NCBI GenBank assembly: GCA_002269645.1
Contig: NIVC01000381.1
Location: forward strand, 186,001-250,000
DNA: 64,000 nt
Reading direction: 5' to 3'
Source: Macrostomum lignano
Lineage: Eukaryota
The notes beneath the pieces were generated by a model. The model saw nothing but the letters and a program-made list of their open reading frames with translations. It did not search any database and was not told where the DNA came from. Shown one piece after another: positions 60,300 through 64,000 of this stretch (position 1 is its first letter; each line of letters opens with the position of its first letter). A program made the position numbers and the translations under genes.

Positions 60300-62333
60300 T
60301 TACTCAATTGACTGTCTGTCACTGGTGGACTCAACAGTTTTTATCGTGACCGTCTCCGGCTCGTCAGGCGGCGCGTAGTAGAAAAAAGCGGCCAGTCCCA
60401 TCAGGGCGACTTCCAGCACCTTGAGTACGCCGGCAAAGGCGATCACAATCAGCCAGAAGCTCTCGCCGTTGTAGAAGCTGCACGAGCCCTGATGACCGCA
60501 GCCGCCGGTCCACAGGCTGCAGGTGGTGTCAATCAGTTTTCCCATCAAGGGCGGTCCTGGGATGCTGCCGAACAGTCTCAGGATCATCCACTGCAGGCCA
60601 AGGCCGAAGTCTTTGAGTGTAGCCGGTATGACTCGCATCGTGCAGTGCAGAATTGGCACCGAGGTTGAGAATAGTACAAAAATGAACAAAAACAGCATGC
60701 TGAGCAGAATCTGCAACTTGTGACACGCGTTTTTTATACACGCTCCCTCCACTGCCGAGAACTTTTGATCGCTTCCGTCGATTGCAATCTGTCCGGTAAT
60801 GCAAGTGCAGTCTGCATAGTACTTTGCGCCATTGATCATCGTGCCATTGCTTTGACAGCCTGCGTAGCAGGGCGAGTAATAGATGACGGAGTCTGCGCCG
60901 CACACCGGACTGTACATGAACTTGCTCTCCTGACAGTGGCAGTTCATGTTGCACGTAGCATTCAGCGAGTTGGACTGGTTTGGCGTAAGCGGGTAATTTT
61001 GATTGACACCTGCAAACTTCTGCGGATTGCACTTGGCCAGCAGCCCGAGTCCGAGTATCAAATCCACACAGGCCACGATGAAGCTCAACCACAGAAGTCG
61101 TTGTACAGAAAACTTAGTAAATCTAATCAATAAACCGCCTGTCATGACGCCAAAGGCGGCTGCGGGCACGGTTACGAGGCCCATAGTGATTGTAGAAGAG
61201 CTTTTTGTTAAGTAGAACAAAATTTGCAGGATTTTTGGACCGAAAGTGGATAATCCAGTCATTATGACATACTGCATTGCGCCGGAGAATGACAGGAACA
61301 CAAATGTAGCATTTTTCAGAAGGGTAACAATTGAACTCCAGAAATGCTTGGCACTGATCTGCGTTGCTGCATTTTCTGCGCCAACGATGTCTCTAGGCGA
61401 TTCGTGTCTACTCTGCGTCTGAGAACTTGTCGAGTGGGAAAATCTTTTAGGAAACCCAAAAATGGGTACGACAGATACCAGTGACAGGGTTCCAGACAGA
61501 AAAAAGCCGATCCACCAGGCGCCAACCCACAGGTTATTATTCTTAGGGCTGATATCAGACGGCGTCACGCCCAGCTCGACGTAGATATTGAGGAATATGC
61601 CGCCAAGAAGGTAGCCCATGGCGGGACCGATCAAGCTCATCATGTAGTAAGCACCCAGGAACGCGCCCGACTGCTGCACAGTCAGGTTGTCGTCAAGGTA
61701 CGCCACGGCCAGTGTGTACAGCGGAGACGCGCCCACTCCGTGCAGGAACTGTCCGAGCCAAAACACGAACTTGTAGTTGTTGAGAGTCTGCTTGGTACAG
61801 AAATCCGGATAGACCTTGCCGGACAGGTAGCACAGAGGCGACACCGGACTCTGGTAGTTGTAGGCGTCGGTGGTGAACTGTGGAATGGTGAAGACAAACG
61901 ATCCGACGCTCATGATGAGCAGCCCGATGGAGATGAGGCGACTCCGCCGGTACCGGTGTCCGATGTAGGTGACTGGGACCAGGCACAGAACGCTCCCGAT
62001 GTCGTACATGGAGGCGATGAGTCCGCTCTCGGATGAAGTCATATCGTATCGCAGCTCGAGGGTTGTTAGCACCGAGTTGACAAAGCCGTTCACGACCAGG
62101 CCTTGAGTAAAACTGCTCAGGCAGAGCCACAGCAGCAGGCAGGAGGGTCGGGCGAAGCACTGGCAGCACTGGGGTTGGCACTTGGGGTGCCAGTTACACG
62201 CCACCTCATCCGGGTCGTCATTGAGCTCATTGCTGTCGCTTTTCAACACATCATCAGTTTTCGGAGAACTTTTCGCAGCGACTTGTTTAGGTTCCTCCAC
62301 CTCTTGGATTTGAGATGGCGTTGCTGGCCTCAT
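60300..62333 (-). CDS. SLCO: Organic anion transporting polypeptide (OATP/SLCO family, SLCO4-like), intronless CDS, ~677 aa
   Basis: FVNSVLTTLELRYDMTSSESGLIASMYDIG, YLDDN, WVGAWWIGF, Kazal-like loop PVCGADSVIYYSPCYAGC, LRLFGSIPGP, LIDTTC; multiple TM helices. The first ATG is at 62333; the ORF-track start is a GTG. Confidence 0.93.
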   Translation of the reverse strand: MRPATPSQIQEVEEPKQVAAKSSPKTDDVLKSDSNELNDDPDEVACNWHPKCQPQCCQCFARPSCLLLWLCLSSFTQGLVVNGFVNSVLTTLELRYDMTSSESGLIASMYDIGSVLCLVPVTYIGHRYRRSRLISIGLLIMSVGSFVFTIPQFTTDAYNYQSPVSPLCYLSGKVYPDFCTKQTLNNYKFVFWLGQFLHGVGASPLYTLAVAYLDDNLTVQQSGAFLGAYYMMSLIGPAMGYLLGGIFLNIYVELGVTPSDISPKNNNLWVGAWWIGFFLSGTLSLVSVVPIFGFPKRFSHSTSSQTQSRHESPRDIVGAENAATQISAKHFWSSIVTLLKNATFVFLSFSGAMQYVIMTGLSTFGPKILQILFYLTKSSSTITMGLVTVPAAAFGVMTGGLLIRFTKFSVQRLLWLSFIVACVDLILGLGLLAKCNPQKFAGVNQNYPLTPNQSNSLNATCNMNCHCQESKFMYSPVCGADSVIYYSPCYAGCQSNGTMINGAKYYADCTCITGQIAIDGSDQKFSAVEGACIKNACHKLQILLSMLFLFIFVLFSTSVPILHCTMRVIPATLKDFGLGLQWMILRLFGSIPGPPLMGKLIDTTCSLWTGGCGHQGSCSFYNGESFWLIVIAFAGVLKVLEVALMGLAAFFYYAPPDEPETVTIKTVESTSDRQSIE

Positions 62334-63236
62334 TTGATTTTTCTGAAAAAAAGCTTTTGTTTGATTCTTTCTTGTTAGAATTATTCTTCCAAGTTTTTCG
62401 GCCTGGTAAGCTTTATATAATCGGTCGCATAAACTTGCGATTTCGTTGTCTATGGCTTGCGGAACCGTTTTCACTTTTTGTCTGCTGCGGTGTTTTGGTC
62501 TTTCTGCAAAAGTGCAGATGTCTTTTTCCCGAGCGTTGCTATTAAAAGCGGCACATCTGTATGCAAACCAAAAGAATTATTTTTTATCTTTTGCACCATT
62601 TTGAAAGCAGTTAAGGTAACTACTTGTTAAGTACATGCTAAATATTTTAAATGACTTTTAAGTTTTTGTCTGTTACAGGTCTCGGTTAGTTTGTATGCCA
62701 AACAATATTTATAAAACACACATTTTTTAGTCAATAAATATTTAATAAAATGTCAGATACAAGCGTAATGCGAGTCAAAAAGATACTTTTATGCACGAAG
62801 TGGCGCTGAAAGGGTAAGCATAGTTTTTATCATCACAGCAAAGAGGAGTGAAATAGTACTGTAATTTCATAGTCTCTGATATCAACTGAACTACAAAGAG
62901 CGTTAATAGCGTGTATTTTTAAAGCATTTAAAATCGGATAATTACAATTACTGCACACTTTAGTATCCATGCTGCACGGAAGATATATTGTGCTAAACAC
63001 GGTGAGAATAAAAAGAGCTTAAAAGTGTGACTAACTAGGCACGCAGTAAAACTGTTGGTAAATAGATTAGACGAAAACCACCAGAAGTTGCAGTATTATG
63101 AATTACATTGCTCGAACAACGTAGGATAAAATTAACAGTGATTAAAAACATTCAGCAGGAAAATAAAACAAAAAATAAGTCGCACATTAAAAAGCTGCAT
63201 TACACAGACGCGGATCTGTAATTCTTTAAAAATGGT

Positions 63237-64000
63237 TCAGGCAATGTCCGGTTTGAAAGCTTCGTTGGCGTGCGCCTCGGGGCCAGCGGACTGACCGTCA
63301 GGTTTGGTCTCGATTTCAATGTCAACCTGAATGACCTGGTCAGGCGGCACGTACAGCGCGGCGGCGAGGATCAGGAACAGAATCTCCAGGGCTTTCAGCA
63401 CGGCCGCAAAGCCAAGCACCATCGCCCAGAAGCTCTCGCCGTTGTAGAAGCTGCACGAGCCCTGCTGACCGCAGCCGCCTGTCCACAGGCTGCAGGTGGT
63501 GTCAATCAGTTTTCCCAGCACCAGGGGTCCCGGGATGCTTCCGAACAGTCTCAGGATCATCCACTGCAGGCCCAGGCCGAAGTCCTTTAGCCTAGCTGGT
63601 ATTACTCGCATCGTGCACTGCAGCGTGGGTATCGAAATAAAGAAAATTCCAAATAGAAAGAAGCCAATGGTTACTAGCACAATGGGCATCTTGTTGCAGC
63701 TGGCGTCCTTGCAAGTGCCCTCCATAGCTGAGAAGTTGTAATTGTTTGCTGTAATCTGTCCGGTAATGCAAGTGCAGTTTACATAGTACTTTGCGCCATT
63801 GATCATCGTGGCATTGCTTTGACAGCCTGCGTAGCAGGGCGAGTAATAGATGACGGAGTCTGCGCCGCACACCGGACTGTACATGAACTTGCTCTCCTGA
63901 CAGTGGCAGTTCATGTTGCACGTAGCATTCAGCGAGTTGGACTGGTTTGGCGTAAGCGGGTAATTTTGATTGACACCTGCAAACTTCTGCAGGTCGCACT
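63237..64000 (-). CDS. SLCO: Second OATP/SLCO paralogue, C-terminal part (runs off the window edge)
   Basis: Kazal-like loop and last TM helices homologous to 60300-61040. Confidence 0.9.
   Translation of the reverse strand, partial: CDLQKFAGVNQNYPLTPNQSNSLNATCNMNCHCQESKFMYSPVCGADSVIYYSPCYAGCQSNATMINGAKYYVNCTCITGQITANNYNFSAMEGTCKDASCNKMPIVLVTIGFFLFGIFFISIPTLQCTMRVIPARLKDFGLGLQWMILRLFGSIPGPLVLGKLIDTTCSLWTGGCGQQGSCSFYNGESFWAMVLGFAAVLKALEILFLILAAALYVPPDQVIQVDIEIETKPDGQSAGPEAHANEAFKPDIA

Noticed and set aside
62334-62474. N-terminal extension of the OATP ORF
   Set aside because: It begins at GTG and spans a strong splice acceptor, so it is probably intron or outron sequence.

Overview
This is animal (eukaryotic) genomic DNA with GC-rich exons, AT-rich intergenic DNA and introns full of micro- and minisatellites. 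The style resembles the flatworm Macrostomum, but that is inference only. Most long ORFs in the supplied track are repeat artefacts, so I rebuilt the real genes by hand from GT-AG splice sites and reading phase. Genes in order: (1) a two-exon prepro-neuropeptide that the ORF track misses, encoding six copies of the tetrapeptide FADF between dibasic sites (379-1714,+); (2) a four-exon YAP/Yorkie orthologue with one WW domain (18050-6510,-); (3) an intronless LRR-FN3-like type I membrane protein (23851-26607,+); (4) an N-myristoylation-motif, very acidic repeat protein (28797-31529,+); (5) an AK5-like protein with a docking domain, two adenylate kinase domains, three IQ-type motifs and a 1-nt frameshift (36798-32607,-); (6) a tandem cluster of secreted PAN/apple + ALK/LTK-type glycine-rich-domain genes, with one intact copy, one splice-mutant copy and one pseudogene (38784-47486,-); (7) an ERR/NR3-like nuclear receptor (55030-57889,+); (8) two tandem intronless OATP/SLCO transporters (60300-64000,-). 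Mobile DNA: a 3.2-kb foldback/Mutator-like element with a 9-bp TSD, inverted 167-bp tandem arrays and a Ulp1-like protease remnant (49598-52840); a perfect 130-bp-arm hairpin element; tRNA-derived SINE-like copies; and a Ty3/gypsy integrase fragment. No CRISPR, rRNA or bona fide tRNA was seen.
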